Source: Mobula hypostoma (Eukaryota). Taken from it: a stretch of DNA of 64,000 bases. This document shows, in pieces, positions 38,771 through 51,735 of the stretch (positions within the stretch are counted from its first letter, which is position 1; the number at the start of each line of letters is the position of its first letter). Both the position numbers and the translations under genes were made by a program. Under the pieces are notes generated by a model that did not search any database, was not told the origin of the DNA, and saw nothing but the letters and a program-made list of their open reading frames with translations. The stretch spans positions 64,606,001 to 64,670,000 of the forward strand of contig NC_086097.1 of the NCBI RefSeq assembly GCF_963921235.1. The letters are read 5' to 3'.

Positions 38771-41739
38771 TCACTCTGTGCAAAGAAGGCTGATTTTAAT
38801 ATCATTGATTTTTTCAATGAATTGGTCAGCATAAATATCACTTGTTCTTTAAGACAACATCAAGGAACAAACTAAGGTTTTCATTTAGTTTTTTTTTGCT
38901 CATTTATGCTGAGGGGTTTTATTCTGCTGCCTCTTATAATATTGGATTACACCAGGACAAATGAGTAGCTTGATTATAAATTATTTATTAACATTCCTAA
39001 GATTTTTTCTTTATCCTTTTTAATTCATTATATAAATATTCAATAAACTTTAAAAGTTAGAAGTGCTTGAATATTTGAATAATCATTATTGCATGCTTTC
39101 TCATCTCATCTCCATAACAAATACCAAGAAGCGGGGTTGAAAATGGGACAGCTACATTGTTATAACCTGCTCTGCTTGCTGAAACAATCTGATGATGCAA
39201 TTTAATTCAAGGCTTTTGTCAAAAGATTGCACTTTCATCTATTCTGACTGACTATCCTCATCTCACTAATGAATGTGAGCTACTTGGGTTATTTTGAATG
39301 ATTGTGTTTACTTGAAGGGCTTGAATGAGAGAAAAAAATAAAATTTGCATTTCTGAGAATTTTCTACACCACAGAACAAAGTGCATCCGTATTGTCTTGA
39401 GCGTCTGTCTGTTCATCAATTCGGCCATAGATGTGATATCAAATCAACCAGCCATATTTTACCAAAAGAACATGCATGGATCCTATAGCACAAACAGGAC
39501 ATTTCAGTCTTGTAATATAAGTTTCTACTGTCAGCTTTTTAATTGTTTTATTTAGATAATTTGACTATTTAATTCTTAAATTAACTAATAGATTTTAGAT
39601 TGCCCAGAAACATTAATTTATTAAAGTCTTGATGCATATGAATGAGAAAAAATCGCATGTTTTACAGCACAGATTAGAAAATGTAAATACTTACGTTTTC
39701 TGCTTTAATTTTCAATTTCACTGTAAAATTAAATATAAATATTTTAATTCTGCAGATATTGTTCTTTTAAATTAATTTGAAAAAGTATGAAGAAGGCTCA
39801 TCAGATATTAATGAATTTATTTTGCACATTAGTTACACCAATAGGAATCTTGAACTTGATGCATAATAAACTAAATTTCTGTTTGGTCTAACTTTCTTAG
39901 CTGCTAATTACTAAACTGTACATTTAGTAGGTTTCCCAGTGAGCTTTGAAATTCTGCTTTTAAAATGACCTACTGTATGTGATTCACATTTCTTTTTCTT
40001 CCAGAACTGTTTGAAACTGAATTCAGAGTTTTACTTTATACCCTACTGACTTGTTGCAATGTATTCAGGAAATGAACAGCAGGTATGTGAACCAGTTGTG
40101 ATTTTTGTCCAGTATTTTGGCACTTCCGTGATGAATCTTGCCTGGCAAATCATTTTATTTTCACGATTGTGCTTTTAGCTTAACATTACCCTATCAAGAA
40201 TAAAATGAATCTTAATGATTTGATCTTCCACTTACAAGGGCCTCTGATATAGAAAGATGCAGACAATTTTTTCTGTGAATCACAGTTCTGGTGTAGATGT
40301 TGCAGCAATTTAAGGATATTTATAAATCAGGGGAATAAGACTGTTTCATTCATCGTCCCTTTCTACCTGTCAGTCAGCACAAACATATTGTTGCTGTTTA
40401 ACTGGGGGGAGTTAATTCCTCTAATAAATATAAGTGTTAACTAAGACAACAGGAAGCTCAACAGCAGGTTTTGCACATAAGTAGCTTTTTGAAATTAAAT
40501 ATGGTAACTACATGATAAGTAATTGAAATATACATGAATAAAATCATTTGTACCAGAACACCAATTACTAAAAAGTTAAATTACCAGAAAAAAACACTAA
40601 ACAATAAATACAAATACTGTACTATGGAAAATTAAATACAAAATGCATGATGTTATGTCTCACCAGGTGGTCAGGAAAATGTAGTCTTCCCTTGTATAAT
40701 TAATTCTTATTTACAGTAAAATAAATTTTGTAATTGCAGCATATTTATTCATTAAGTGTAATCAAGAGTTTAATGATGGCAGATGAGAAGGCCAATCACA
40801 AGTTAATTTAGGAAATCCTTTTTTTCTTACAACTAGGTTGATTTCCAACATATTTTCTATCATGCACAATGCATATACAGAAGCAAGTAATTAAATGCTG
40901 AAACATAGCTTAAAACAGCCTTATAGATCACATGACGTGTGGTTCTCAAATACAACTGATTACCTTAATTGGTGCTTTGCTTTCCCATTTTGATCTGTTT
41001 ATATCTTAATGAGGAATTTGGTTGATAATAAAGAAAATACTTAAAACTCGCCAGAAATGTAAAATGATCTGAAAACAAAATCAAGCAAACCTTTGTCATC
41101 TTAAGGGTCATACACATACAAAGGAAAATAAATGACATTGTTGAAATTACCAAGAGTATTTTTTTTGAGATGTCATGAGTGGATAGAACAAGACTGGCAG
41201 AACTAAACGGGGCCAATTGTTTGACTGTTATTTTTTGTGCTTCATTAGCGCGTGTAACTGCTGATTTTTGCTTCTTTCAACTGCAAGGCTCATCGCTAAA
41301 CCATCATAAAAGAGTTGATTTAAGAACCAGTGGAGCAGAACAGCCTGGTCATGGTTTCTGGCCTCCATTTAGAAGTCTGTCAGACACAAGAGTACTTGCT
41401 GTTTAATATTTCATCCCACATGTTTGAATCAGTCCGCCCCTGCAGTTTGTTTTGCCATTTATCCGTAAAATAATTTTTGTCAGAATTAAAGGAGACTGCA
41501 ACAAATTAATATTTCAAGAGAAATTGTGGTATATATAATTATAGTTATTCTCCTATCTTGAAATGTCAGGCAGAGTCAGTAATTAGGAATCAGTTTTGTT
41601 TTGTTATTTGTGTGTTAACAAAAATATTTCAGTCAGATGCTGCACAGTCTATGTTTTAAATGATAGTCAGAGAAAAAGAAATAGGTCCAAATATTATCAT
41701 AGTATTTAACTACATCGCCATACAATTGGAAAAGCTCTA

Positions 41740-42800
41740 ATTAGGGTGGCAAGGGACTCTGTAATGCCATTGATTTCCAACTCTTTTCTGATGTGTGTGG
41801 AGATTTACTCTCAAGCATTCTGTGGTTTCCTTGCACTCCCTCCTGAAACCAGGGAAAGCAGAGATTTGTGAATGAGCACCAATGGAAGCTTTGCATTTGT
41901 TGAGAATTACCATCAGGTAGAAGCATCATACTGCCAGATGATGACAGTAAGTGCCAATGGTGATTGATAGGTAGAGGTACAGAGCGAGAAGAATGGATAT
42001 GTGCAAGGCAAGTGGGAGTGATAGAACAGCTTAAAAGGGAAGAGTGAGGGGTTGGGTAATATGTGTATAAGGTTAAAGGTTGAAGGTAAAAGTGCATTCG
42101 TGACCATACCTGTCAGACCATGAAAGCACTTCTCGTACTGAATAGAGCAGGATTGCTCAATTCTCACTGCTCGACTTCTCTGCCAACTTCTGCCTCTTTA
42201 TACTGTCAATGGTGGATTTCTTCTGCACAATGCCAGCAAAAGGAGTTCTCTCCTTGTTAGTTAGTTAGTTAGTTAGTTAAGCCCATCATCCCTGCTGGGA
42301 CATAGGCTGCCAACAGCAGCTCACCAGATTCATCTGTCCCGAGGCAGTCTTTCAAGCTGTCCCACGTGTAGCCCTTCCTCTTGGTGGCAAATTCAAGGAT
42401 GTGTCAGCAGGTGTACTTTGGCCTGCCTCTCTAAGGAGGTTGGTGTCTGGGCTTCCATGGATTTGCACAGCATCACATGTATTCTAAGCGAAGATCCTTC
42501 CTCTCCCAGGGATGAGGTCCTTGGAGCATCTTTTGGCGTTTCTGTAGCTCTGGGTTTTTACAGGTTGAGGTTGCTAGCCCCACACCAAACTCCCCTCCTT
42601 TCTCAGCAGGCTTGGAAGTGTCCATGGTGGAATTGCTCCTCCTAGGGAACAAATAAAATGAGATGCCATTGAGCTGCAGTTAAATCTTCTCATATCCAGT
42701 GTGAACTCCAAACTCTCCTTTTGGTCTTGTCTCTTAGATACTGGACTTGAAAACATGTCAAACAGGTTTGCCTTATGCATGCTGCTGTAATTCAATTACC
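41740..42800 (-). pseudogene. Decayed FN3-like block split by an RTE-like insert
   Basis: LQLNGISFYL (~42662-42676), GHECTFTFNL*PYTH (~42064-42078), SPLALTVIIWQ. Confidence 0.4.
42255..42640 (-). mobile_element. Short non-autonomous RTE-like element
   Basis: (TTAG)n tail at 42256-42279; RTE 5'UTR-like GGGTTTTTACAGG..TTGCTAGCCCCAC..AACTCCCC. Confidence 0.55.
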
Positions 42801-45011
42801 TGACCTTTCTAACATATTTCCTTAGGGGTATTAGTTCATTTGGTTTCCTAGTTAGTATTTGAGCTCCTATGTTCTCAGGGTGTTTACATTATCATTGAAG
42901 TCTCAAATCCTTTCTAGATGGTTACACTAAATTAAGGGGATATTTACATATCGTAATGATGAAGGGATTTATTTTGATTGAATTAGATCTGCATTAACCA
43001 CTGAATAATCATGGTGATATTATCCAATTACTTTGATTTGTTCAGATCACTTATTACTACTCAGAACTTTGATATTAGTTATATTTATTCCACCAGTTTT
43101 GGTGGTCCATATAGTTGAGCATTGTATCAACATGTCATTTCCATAGAATTCAGAGAACCATAACAGATCAGTCAAATGGTTGATTAGATGTTTAGTTTAG
43201 ACCTTGAGGTCATCTGTTGCTCTTTTCTTCATGCAAACCCATTCCAGGGGCAGGGAGTTCCATATTCTCACCAATCTCTGTGTAAGTAAGTTCTTTATTA
43301 CCCTATTAACAGCTATCTGGATCTGAATTTAGTATTCTCTTGTTCTGCCTGCCCATCAAGGTAGGGTTATTGGTTCTGGGAGAATGATTGTTGGTTGAAT
43401 GGCAACACTTAATTGGGTGAAACTACGACAACTTCCGTCTGTAGGGTAGTTACTTGGCTGAAAAATTATGTGGATTAAGCCCAATTGAGAAGGAGTAGAA
43501 CAGAATTCAGCCATCATATCGAAAACTTAATTGGTATAGTCTGTATTATTCATGGGCAACTTCTACCATGTTGTTATAAGACGTTTGAATGGTCCCTTAG
43601 CACAATGAGGTGAACACTTGACCTGACAGTCAACCTCACCATGGCCCTACAACTTATGGCCTGCCTGCACTGCACGTTCTCTGTAACTGCAACACTTTAT
43701 CTGTATCCTCTTGTTTTTCCTTTATACTACCTCAATGTACTGATGTGATGAAATGATCTGTATGAAAGGCATACAAGACAAAGTTCTTCACTGGACCTAC
43801 AGACATATGATAATAATAAACAAATTTACCAAGTTAACTCATTCACCAAAAATTTAGCAAGTTTGCAGAAAGTACCAAACTACATCGGGCAATTGTAGGA
43901 GCCAAATAAGATAATATTGAATATTTTATATAAAACATTTGCAAGGCCATATAATAATAAATTTAATTTAATATTGATAATGCAGGAAGGGAAATGACCA
44001 GCATACAGTCCAGAAATGATGTTGAAGTAACTATGGATAGATGTGAAAGGAGACTGAGTGTTGGGTTTATTGTTTGATATCCCAAACAAATCAACAGTAG
44101 AACATCAGAGAGGTCATTATAAGACAAAAAGAAAAAAATATAAAAATGTTTGTTGGATCAAAATGTACAGTGCTCTTGCTGGGAAATAATGGAGATTTCC
44201 ACAATTTGGAGACACTGGAGAGAACAGCTACAAGAGTCATTCTTAGTTATAAAAAACTGATCTCTGAAGACTAGAAGCACTGTGGCACTTTAGTCTGCTG
44301 AGAAATCTGAGAGGTGATTTTACAGAGGAACAAAAGATTGTAAAGGGAATAAAATAATTGCCTGTAGAAGTCTCCTGGTAATGGAATACATTATTAAATT
44401 AAACTATGGAGGTAGGGCAAGGTAGTTTCAAATTCATACATCAATGGTTCTGTACTGATTTAATTTGTTTTGAACCACTCTGGAGAAATATTTCATAATA
44501 AACATGGTCAAGTGTTAAAGCCCGTTAAACTGGATTAGAGTCTCTGGAATAAGCAAAATAAACATTGAATTTCTCCAGTATGTAATAGCTTAATGTAGAT
44601 AATATGTACAGGCATCTGTGGGAACTACAGAATGTTGTCTGAGAAGTCAGACCAATTTCTGTTGTTAATGTTCCTTGCATCCAGGTATTTTAACAGCTTC
44701 TGTCTCTGACTTTCACTGACATTTCAACCTACTAAAATTGAAGTAACTAATTTCAAAGATTAAAGCTACTTTACAAAAAATAAAAACAGAATTATTTAAA
44801 CACTGATATAGTTAAAAACATTAAACTAATTACCTTCCTCTTTGTCTCCTCATGTGCTAATCTAGAATCTGCATTCATTTCAGTAAGGACTTAAAACTGA
44901 TGCCCAGTTTAACAGTACATCTGAGAGATGATTTCATAGTAAAATATAATTTTAATATTATTAAGATCATCAACAACAGAGAAATCTGAAGGACTAGGAC
45001 ATCACACTTAC

Positions 45012-46044
45012 CCAAGTTAACTTCCAATGGCAGAGAACTCAATTGTTAATAATCAAGACTTTTCAAGTACACTAAATGTACAAGCCCCAACTTTAATTAG
45101 GTATATAGAAGTTGTGAAAGATTACTTCAAGACCTTTAGGTTTTTGAATCTTAAATCTTCTCGGGGATATTATATTGATGTGGCTCCTGATATTTGTGTT
45201 TGACTGCTTACGTGCAAATGTCAGGATTTGTTGTTTGACGTACTTCTTAATAACAGTGAACATTGATTGCCTCATCCTTATTCCTAGTGTGAAATCCAGA
45301 TCAATGACTAGAACGCCTCCATATGAATCATTTGTTTTCACGGTATATCAGAAAACAGCTTCTCCATGTAGTTTGACTTTATATAAAGATGCTAATGTAT
45401 CTGAAATAGTTATCCCATTGACTGTGAATGTGTCGTTTTCACCAAATATGCCTCGTCAGATACGTGACACCTGTAGGTGCTCATTATTTTCAAAGGACAA
45501 GGCTATCTATAAAGCTTAACATATAAAATGGTTGAAAATCTGGCAAATTTTATTCAATATACTCTGTAAATATCGCATTGGGAGCAATGGTGAAACTACC
45601 AGTGTTGACTGTTATATTGGAGGAAATCTGACTGCAGATACTGGAGTAGCAGAAAATACAGTTGACTGCAGAAACCCGATGCTGCTGTCAGCAGATGTTT
45701 CTCTACAGACTGTATTGCAGAATCATTTCCAAGGCCGTCGACATAGAGCTAACAAATAGTTGAGCACTTCAACTTCTACAGTTTACTCGTACAATCAGAA
45801 AAAAACTTATACCTTGTCAATGAGGAGCAACTGTTATTTCAATGATTATTTCTGAACAACTTCTCTGGCGCAGAAAAAAATCAATTTCATTTGTCTGGAT
45901 GTTCCTTGGGAATGATTATTTCAGAAGTTCATCGACTTTTTGTGTTGATTTGGATAGCCTTCAAAACAAACATATAAACATTTCCATTGAAAACCTTGTC
46001 AGACTTTTGTTCAAAAGTAAACAATATGTTTCTTTTATATACAG
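45012..46044 (-). pseudogene. Decayed ~1-kb FN3-array exon
   Basis: Bounded by a ttcttccag acceptor and a G|GTAAGT donor, both phase 1. Contains KVFNGNVYMF, SAPEKL, LYVDG, HRVSAVN, YTVKTNDSYGGVL and SFTTSIYLIKVGACT. Confidence 0.5.
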
Positions 46045-46631
46045 CTGGAAGAAGAATATTTTTTGAAATGATGAAAAGATATTGATCTGAGGCATTAACC
46101 CTGTTCTTCTTTCCATTGTTGCTACTTGACCTGCTGAGTATTTATATAATTTTCTGTTTCATTTCTAAATGTTTTTAAAGCTCATTCTATTTAATTATCC
46201 TCCACTCTAATCCATGTGCAAATTCTAATTACTTTCTAGAATATGTGTAAATTTTCAGCTACAATTAGATCAGTTAAGTTTCAATTAGATCTGTTAGTCT
46301 TTCTGATCTGATTTGTTGTACAGCTAGTATACTTGCTTACTACTTCACAGAGGAAAGTCATTCAACCCATCTGGCCTACAGTAGCTCCCAACAAAGCAGT
46401 CCATCAGTCCCATTTCTTTTGTTCCCTGTAGCCTTGCAATTTTATTCATCCTCATGTCTCCAACAACTACTCCGTGGTTCTTTTTCCACCTTTGGAATGT
46501 AAGAAGAAAGCCAAGTGTCCAGTGAAAAGCCAGGCAGTAAATGGGAGAATATGTAAACTGCAGATTGACAGCACCACTCACAACACGCTGGAGGAACTCA
46601 GCAGGTCGGGCAGCATCCGTGGAGAAGATTG

Positions 46632-46665
46632 GTCGACATTTCGGGCTGGAACCCTTCGTCAGGAC
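46632..46665 (-). ncRNA. Minimal type I hammerhead ribozyme in Penelope terminal repeat
   Basis: GTC-CTGACGA-A-GGGT-TCCA-GCCC-GAAA-TG-TC^GAC. The stem II loop differs from the 32750 copy but pairing is kept. Confidence 0.7.
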
Positions 46666-47075
46666 TGTAGGGGGAAGGGGCAGAGGCCCTATAAAGAAGG
46701 TGGGGGGAGTGTGGGAAGAAGAAGGCTGGTAGGTGCCAGGTGAAAAACCAGTAAGGGGAAAGATAAAGGGGTGGGGGAAGGGAGGCAGGGAGGTGATAGG
46801 CAGGAAGGGTGAAGAAGGAATAGGGGAAAACACAATGGGTAGTAGAAGGAGGCGGAACCAAGAGGGAGGTGATAGGCAGCTGGAGGAGGGGGCAGAGTGA
46901 CATAGGGATAGAGGAAGGGAAGGGGAGGGAGGGGGGAGGGAATTACCGGAAGTTGGAGAATTCTACGTTCATACCAAGGGGCTGGAGCCTCACTTGGAAG
47001 TACTCCCAACAGACCCACAAGTGAAGTGTTGCCTCACTTGGAAGTACTATTCAGGACCCCAAACAGTACTTCCAA

Positions 47076-47402
47076 GTGAGGCAACACTTCACTCGTGAGT
47101 TTGTTGGGGTCATCTATTGCATCCGGTGCTCCCGGTGCGGCCTCCTCTATATCGGTGAAACTCGATGCAGATTGGGGGACCGCTTCGTCGAGCACCTCTG
47201 CTCCATCTGCCAAAACAGGCAGGATCTCCCAGTAGCCACCCACTTCAACTCTGCTTCCCACTCCCATTCAGATATATCCATACATGGCCTCCTCTACTGT
47301 TATGATGAGGCTAAGCTCAGGTTGGAGAAGCAACACCTCATATACCATCTAGGTAGTCTCCAGCCCCTTGGTATGAACATAGAATTCTCCAACTTCCGGT
47401 AA
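47076..47402 (+). CDS. Penelope GIY-YIG endonuclease domain (5'-truncated)
   Basis: GVIYCIRCSRCGLLYIGETRCRLGDRFVEH..VATHFN..H..EKQHLIYHLGSLQPLGMN. Confidence 0.85.
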   Translation: MRQHFTREFVGVIYCIRCSRCGLLYIGETRCRLGDRFVEHLCSICQNRQDLPVATHFNSASHSHSDISIHGLLYCYDEAKLRLEKQHLIYHLGSLQPLGMNIEFSNFR

Positions 47403-47507
47403 TTCCCTCCCCCCTCCCTCCCCTTCCCTTCCTCTATCCCTATGTCACTCTGCCCCCTCCTCCAGCTGCCTACCACCTCCCTCTTGGTTCCACCTCCTTC
47501 TACTACC

Positions 47508-49901
47508 AAAGTCGTAGGCGTCACTCTGTACTTGGAAGGGAATGGCCTCATCCACCGCATGCATTGCTGCTTTGGCAATGTCCCCTTTTATGCGGTTGAA
47601 GGCCGCGTGGGCCTCGGCAGAGAGGGGGAATGTGGTGGACTTGACCAGGGGGCGGGCCTTGTCTGCATAGTTAGTGTCCCATTGGGCGTAATATGAAAAG
47701 AAGCCCAGGCACCTTTTGAGGGCTCTGAGGGTATTGGGAAGAGGGAGTTCCAACAAGGGGCGCATACGGTCGGGATCAGGGCCAATGACTCCATTCTCCA
47801 CGACACACCCAAGGATAGCAAGTCGGGTGGTCCCAAATACACACTTGTCCTTGTTATAGGTGAGGTTGAAAGATTTGGCTGCTTGGAGAAATTTTTGGAG
47901 GTTGTTGTCGTGATCCTGCTGGTCGTGACCGCAGATGGTGATGTTATCCAGATATGGGAAAGTGGCCTTCAGTTGGCACTGGTCCACCATTCGGTCCACT
48001 GCCCTCTGGAAGACAGATACACCATTCGTGACACCAAAGGGGACACGCAGGAATTGATAAAGCCTGCCGTCCGCCTCGAAGGCAGTGTAAGGGCGGTCCT
48101 CCCGGCGGATGGGGAGCTGATGGTAAGTGGATTTTAGGTCTATGGTCGAGTACACCTTGTACTGTGCTATCTGATTGACCATATCTGCGATGCAGGGTAG
48201 GGGGTACGCGTCGAGCTGCGTGAACCTATTGATGGTCTGACTATAGTCCACGACCATCCTATTCTTCTCCCCGTTCTGAACAACGACCACCTGCACCCTC
48301 CAAGGACTTGTGCTTGCCTCAATGACCCCCTCCCTGAGCAGCCGCTGCACCTCCGACTTAATGAAAGCTCTGTCCCCTGCGCTGTACCTCCTGCTTTTAG
48401 TTGCCATGGGTTTACAGTCGGGGGTCAGGTTGGCGAACAGCGGTGGGGGAGGGATCCTGAGGGTGGAGAGGCCGCAAGTGGTGTCGGTAGTGTGGCAGTT
48501 GGCATGATGTTGGGTGGGATGTGCGGGTCGGTGTGTGTGTGTGGTCAGTAGCGGGGTACATGACATATCTCTACAAAACAGGGGATTTATGACAGTAATT
48601 GGTGGGAGGGGCCCATCATATTTCATTGTCACGCTTTTCAGGTGGCTCTGGAAGTCCAACTCCAACAGCACAGGGGCACACAGTTGAGGCAAGACCAGTA
48701 ACGTAAAGTCCCGATATTCTGTGCCCTGCACCACTAGTGTCGCTAGCCAACCCCTCCGGATGTCTGTTGTATGCAACCCGGAAGCCATGGTGACCCTCTG
48801 ACTTACCGGCCGTATCACGAGTCCACAATGCTGTACCGTGTCCGGTTGGATAAAACTCTCCGTGCTGCCTGTGTCAAACAGGCAGCTTGTCCTGTGCCCC
48901 TCCATCAGGATGTCCATCATTGACCTTGCGAGCTGGTGGGGAGCGCTTTGGTCAAGGGTCACAGAAGCCAGGGTGGGGTCGCTGTCTTGGTCCGGCGTGG
49001 TGGGGTGCCCCGTGAGCACCCGTTGGTCGTAGGCGGTGGGAGGTGGCGCCGACCAAGATGCCTGCCCCCATGTCTCACACGTGGTGGTGGCATGCAGGGA
49101 AGATGGCGGCAGGCAAGATGGCGACCCCCACGTCTCGCACGTGGCGCTGCTCGATCCCGCTCGCGGTTTTGACTTACAGACCTTGGCGAAGTGGCCCTTC
49201 TTTCCGCAGCTGGAGCAGGTAGCTTGTCGGGCCGGACAGCGTTTCCGGGGGTGCTTCTCCGGTCCGCAGAAGTAGCACTTCGCGGACTCACGACTGGCAG
49301 CAGCCGTGGTCGATTTGCCGGCAGGTTGCGGGGTCGGTGGCACCCACGAGGCCATCGGGGGATCGCGTGCCTGGAGAGCCTCGGAGTTATGCAGAGCGGC
49401 CTCCAACATATCAGCCAGCTCCATTGCCGAACTTAGGGTAAGATCGGCTTTTTCCAACAGCCGCTGGCGCACATACACTGACCTGGTCCCCGTGATGAAG
49501 GCGTCCCTCACTAGGAGTTCTGCATGCTGCGCCGCCGTCAGCTCCTGGCAATTGCAGGCTCGCACGAGCGTCTGTAGGGCCTGGACGAACTCAGCACTCG
49601 ATTCCTTGGGGCGCTGTTGCCGTGTCGCTAAACGGTGCCGAGCATAGACGCTGTTTATCGGCCGCAGGTATTGTCTTTTGAGTGCGTTCATTGCGCCATC
49701 GTAGTTTGGCTGGTCTCTGATCAGCGAATAGACCCGTGGACTGACCCTTGACAGTAGAACTCTGAGCTTCGCTACGGGGTCGGTCGCTTTAATCTCCTCT
49801 AGATACGCTTTGAAGCAGGCCAGCCAGAGTTCGAAAGCGTTTCCAGCTTCAGGTGTTTGCGGATTGAGGTCTAATTTTTCTGGTCTCAGGGACTGTTCCA
49901 T
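47508..49901 (-). CDS. Ty3/Gypsy gag-pol polyprotein, truncated in RNase H
   Basis: A single open frame: knuckles CYFCGPEKHPRKRC and CSSCGKKGHFAKVC, protease LFDTGS, RT RMVVDY..IDLKSTYHQL..PFGVTNG..YLDN, RNase H start FQVQSDAYDF. The last ~20 aa of the listed ORF come from the adjacent Penelope. Confidence 0.92.
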
Positions 49902-49927
49902 GTTTTAAAACGTACAGTGAATAAAAT

Positions 49928-50156
49928 TGAAACACCTTCAATTACTCCAAAAGACTGAGGTTTGGTAAAATACTGAAAGGCTTTTATTCGCTATACAATA
50001 CGACCTCCACAGTGAGTGTCTGCCCCCGGACTGAGGTGGAGGGGCAAGGCGAACACCTTTATACAGGACTCTGTGGGAGGAGCCACAGGGGCAGTCAGCA
50101 GAGGGGTGTGTCCAGACAGGTAACCCAGTTACAACATATATACATGGTTTACCACA
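49928..50156 (-). repeat. Gypsy 5' LTR (~229 bp)
   Basis: Minus strand TGTGG...TTTCA with TATAAA and AATAAA, 26 nt upstream of the gag ATG. Confidence 0.7.
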
Positions 50157-50389
50157 TGTTCCAGATAAACTGTATAAGCATTTCTGGTGAAGACTTATCA
50201 GATATTTGTTTAAAGGTGAAGAATTTGTCCTTAAAAATATTACATTCTTATAAAAATCAAAATGAAAGTACATTGGAATTACATATGGTGTTGGAAAATG
50301 CATGTGTTTGAATTACAAAATGTCTGTTTCTGTCATCATTTTGCAGTAAATATGTCACTTATTATGGATTAAGATGATACCAGAGTGTG

Positions 50390-51170
50390 GGAACTCTTTG
50401 AGTGGAGCTCTGAAGGGAATCATCAGATTCTGACAATAACCCTTATTCTGACTTTGTGATATCAATCATCAACTCCGAAAAGTCCAATCAGCCTATTGAT
50501 GTGAAAATATGCCCTTTAGTTTATGTTCTGATGCAAACTTGGACCGGCAATTTTGAGGCAGGGGGGACTCGGTGGAGCTTTCAGCTCCTCCTGGGCAATG
50601 TGCTGGTAGTAGGTGCTCTGCTCAATCAAATCCAATGGCCAAGGTGAAGCTGGATACTTCTCCAAGTCTCACAAGAATGCTAGGTCCCTGCTCTGTCTTT
50701 CCCCCTTCCTCCCTTTCACTGGCTAAATAGACCTTCATGTTTCCTGACCATGGACCTTGCCTGGGTATTCTGCAGGTTTTGGATTTGCAGACTGCTGTAA
50801 CCTTAAGAGAGTAACCGTGCTAATTAACCCTGTTCAGGCAGTCCAGCCATCTGCCCCATAGTTATTCCAGTCACGGAGTTCCACTGTGTAAACTCACACA
50901 TGAACAATAACACTGGCTCAGGTGCAGAGTAAGGAACTGACAGTGAATCTACATGCTAGCACATTGTCTGGAGAAGAGTAAACAAGATATAAATGACAAT
51001 ATGAAAAAAAGAGTTTTGTTTTGAGCCAAGGTGAGGCCCCATTCTGCTTAATTCCAGCAAACTTCTTCCAAGTCTGCTCTTGCACAGGAACTTTCAAGAG
51101 CTCTTCACTAACTGTGATGAGAGTAAAATGTTTATATATGGAAGAGAAAGGAAGTAGCAAGTCCTCTTCT
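50390..51170 (-). pseudogene. Decayed FN3-array block
   Basis: One frame reads EEDLLLPFSSIY..LYLVYSSPD..FTVSSL..VYTVELRDWNNYGADGW (50855-50890)..EELKAPPSPPCLKIAGP (50540-50566). Confidence 0.55.
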
Positions 51171-51234
51171 CTAATAAAAAAAACATTATTTTATGTAGCT
51201 CACATAACAATGCCCCCGAACATTTTTGTAACAG

Positions 51235-51735
51235 TGAAATTGAAGAGAGTTCAGAGGAGGTTCATGAGAGTGATTCCAGGAACGAAAGGCTTGTCATATG
51301 AGCAGCAATTGAAGGCTCTTGGCCTGTTCTCACTGGAATTTAGAAGAATGTGGGGAGATTGAAACCTATCGTATGTCGAAAGGCCCAGATAGAATGGATG
51401 TGAGGAGGATGTTTCCTTTGGTGGGGGAGTCCAGGACCAGAGGGCACAGTCTCGAAATAGAGAGACATCCATTTAGGACAGAGATGAGGAGGGATTTCTT
51501 TAGTCAAAGGGTGATGAATCTGTGGAAGTTGTTGCCTCGAGCAGCTGTAGAGGCCAGGTCACTGGGTATATTTAAGGTGGAGGTTTATAGGTTCTTGATT
51601 AGCCAGGGCATGAAAGGTTATGGAGAGAAGGCTGAAAAATGGAGTTGAGGGGGAAATGGATCAGTCATGATGAAATGGCAGAACATTCTCGATGGGCCCA
51701 ATGGCCTTATGTTGCTCCTATGTTTTATGGTCTTA
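51235..51735 (+). mobile_element. CR1 LINE 3' end
   Basis: LKRVQRRFMRVIPGTKGLSYEQQLKALGLFSLEFRR; TRGHSL..RRDFFSQRVMNLW. Confidence 0.9.

Larger units (their letters stand above)
46575..47507. mobile_element. Penelope element: GIY-YIG 3' end (+) with inverted 3' repeat (-)
   Basis: 46834-46987 is the reverse complement of ~47357-47507, a typical Penelope inverted arrangement. A hammerhead lies in the inverted arm. Confidence 0.85.

Noticed and set aside
47883..49647. Several plus-strand and alternate-frame ORFs
   Set aside because: Shadows of the GC-rich Gypsy gag-pol.
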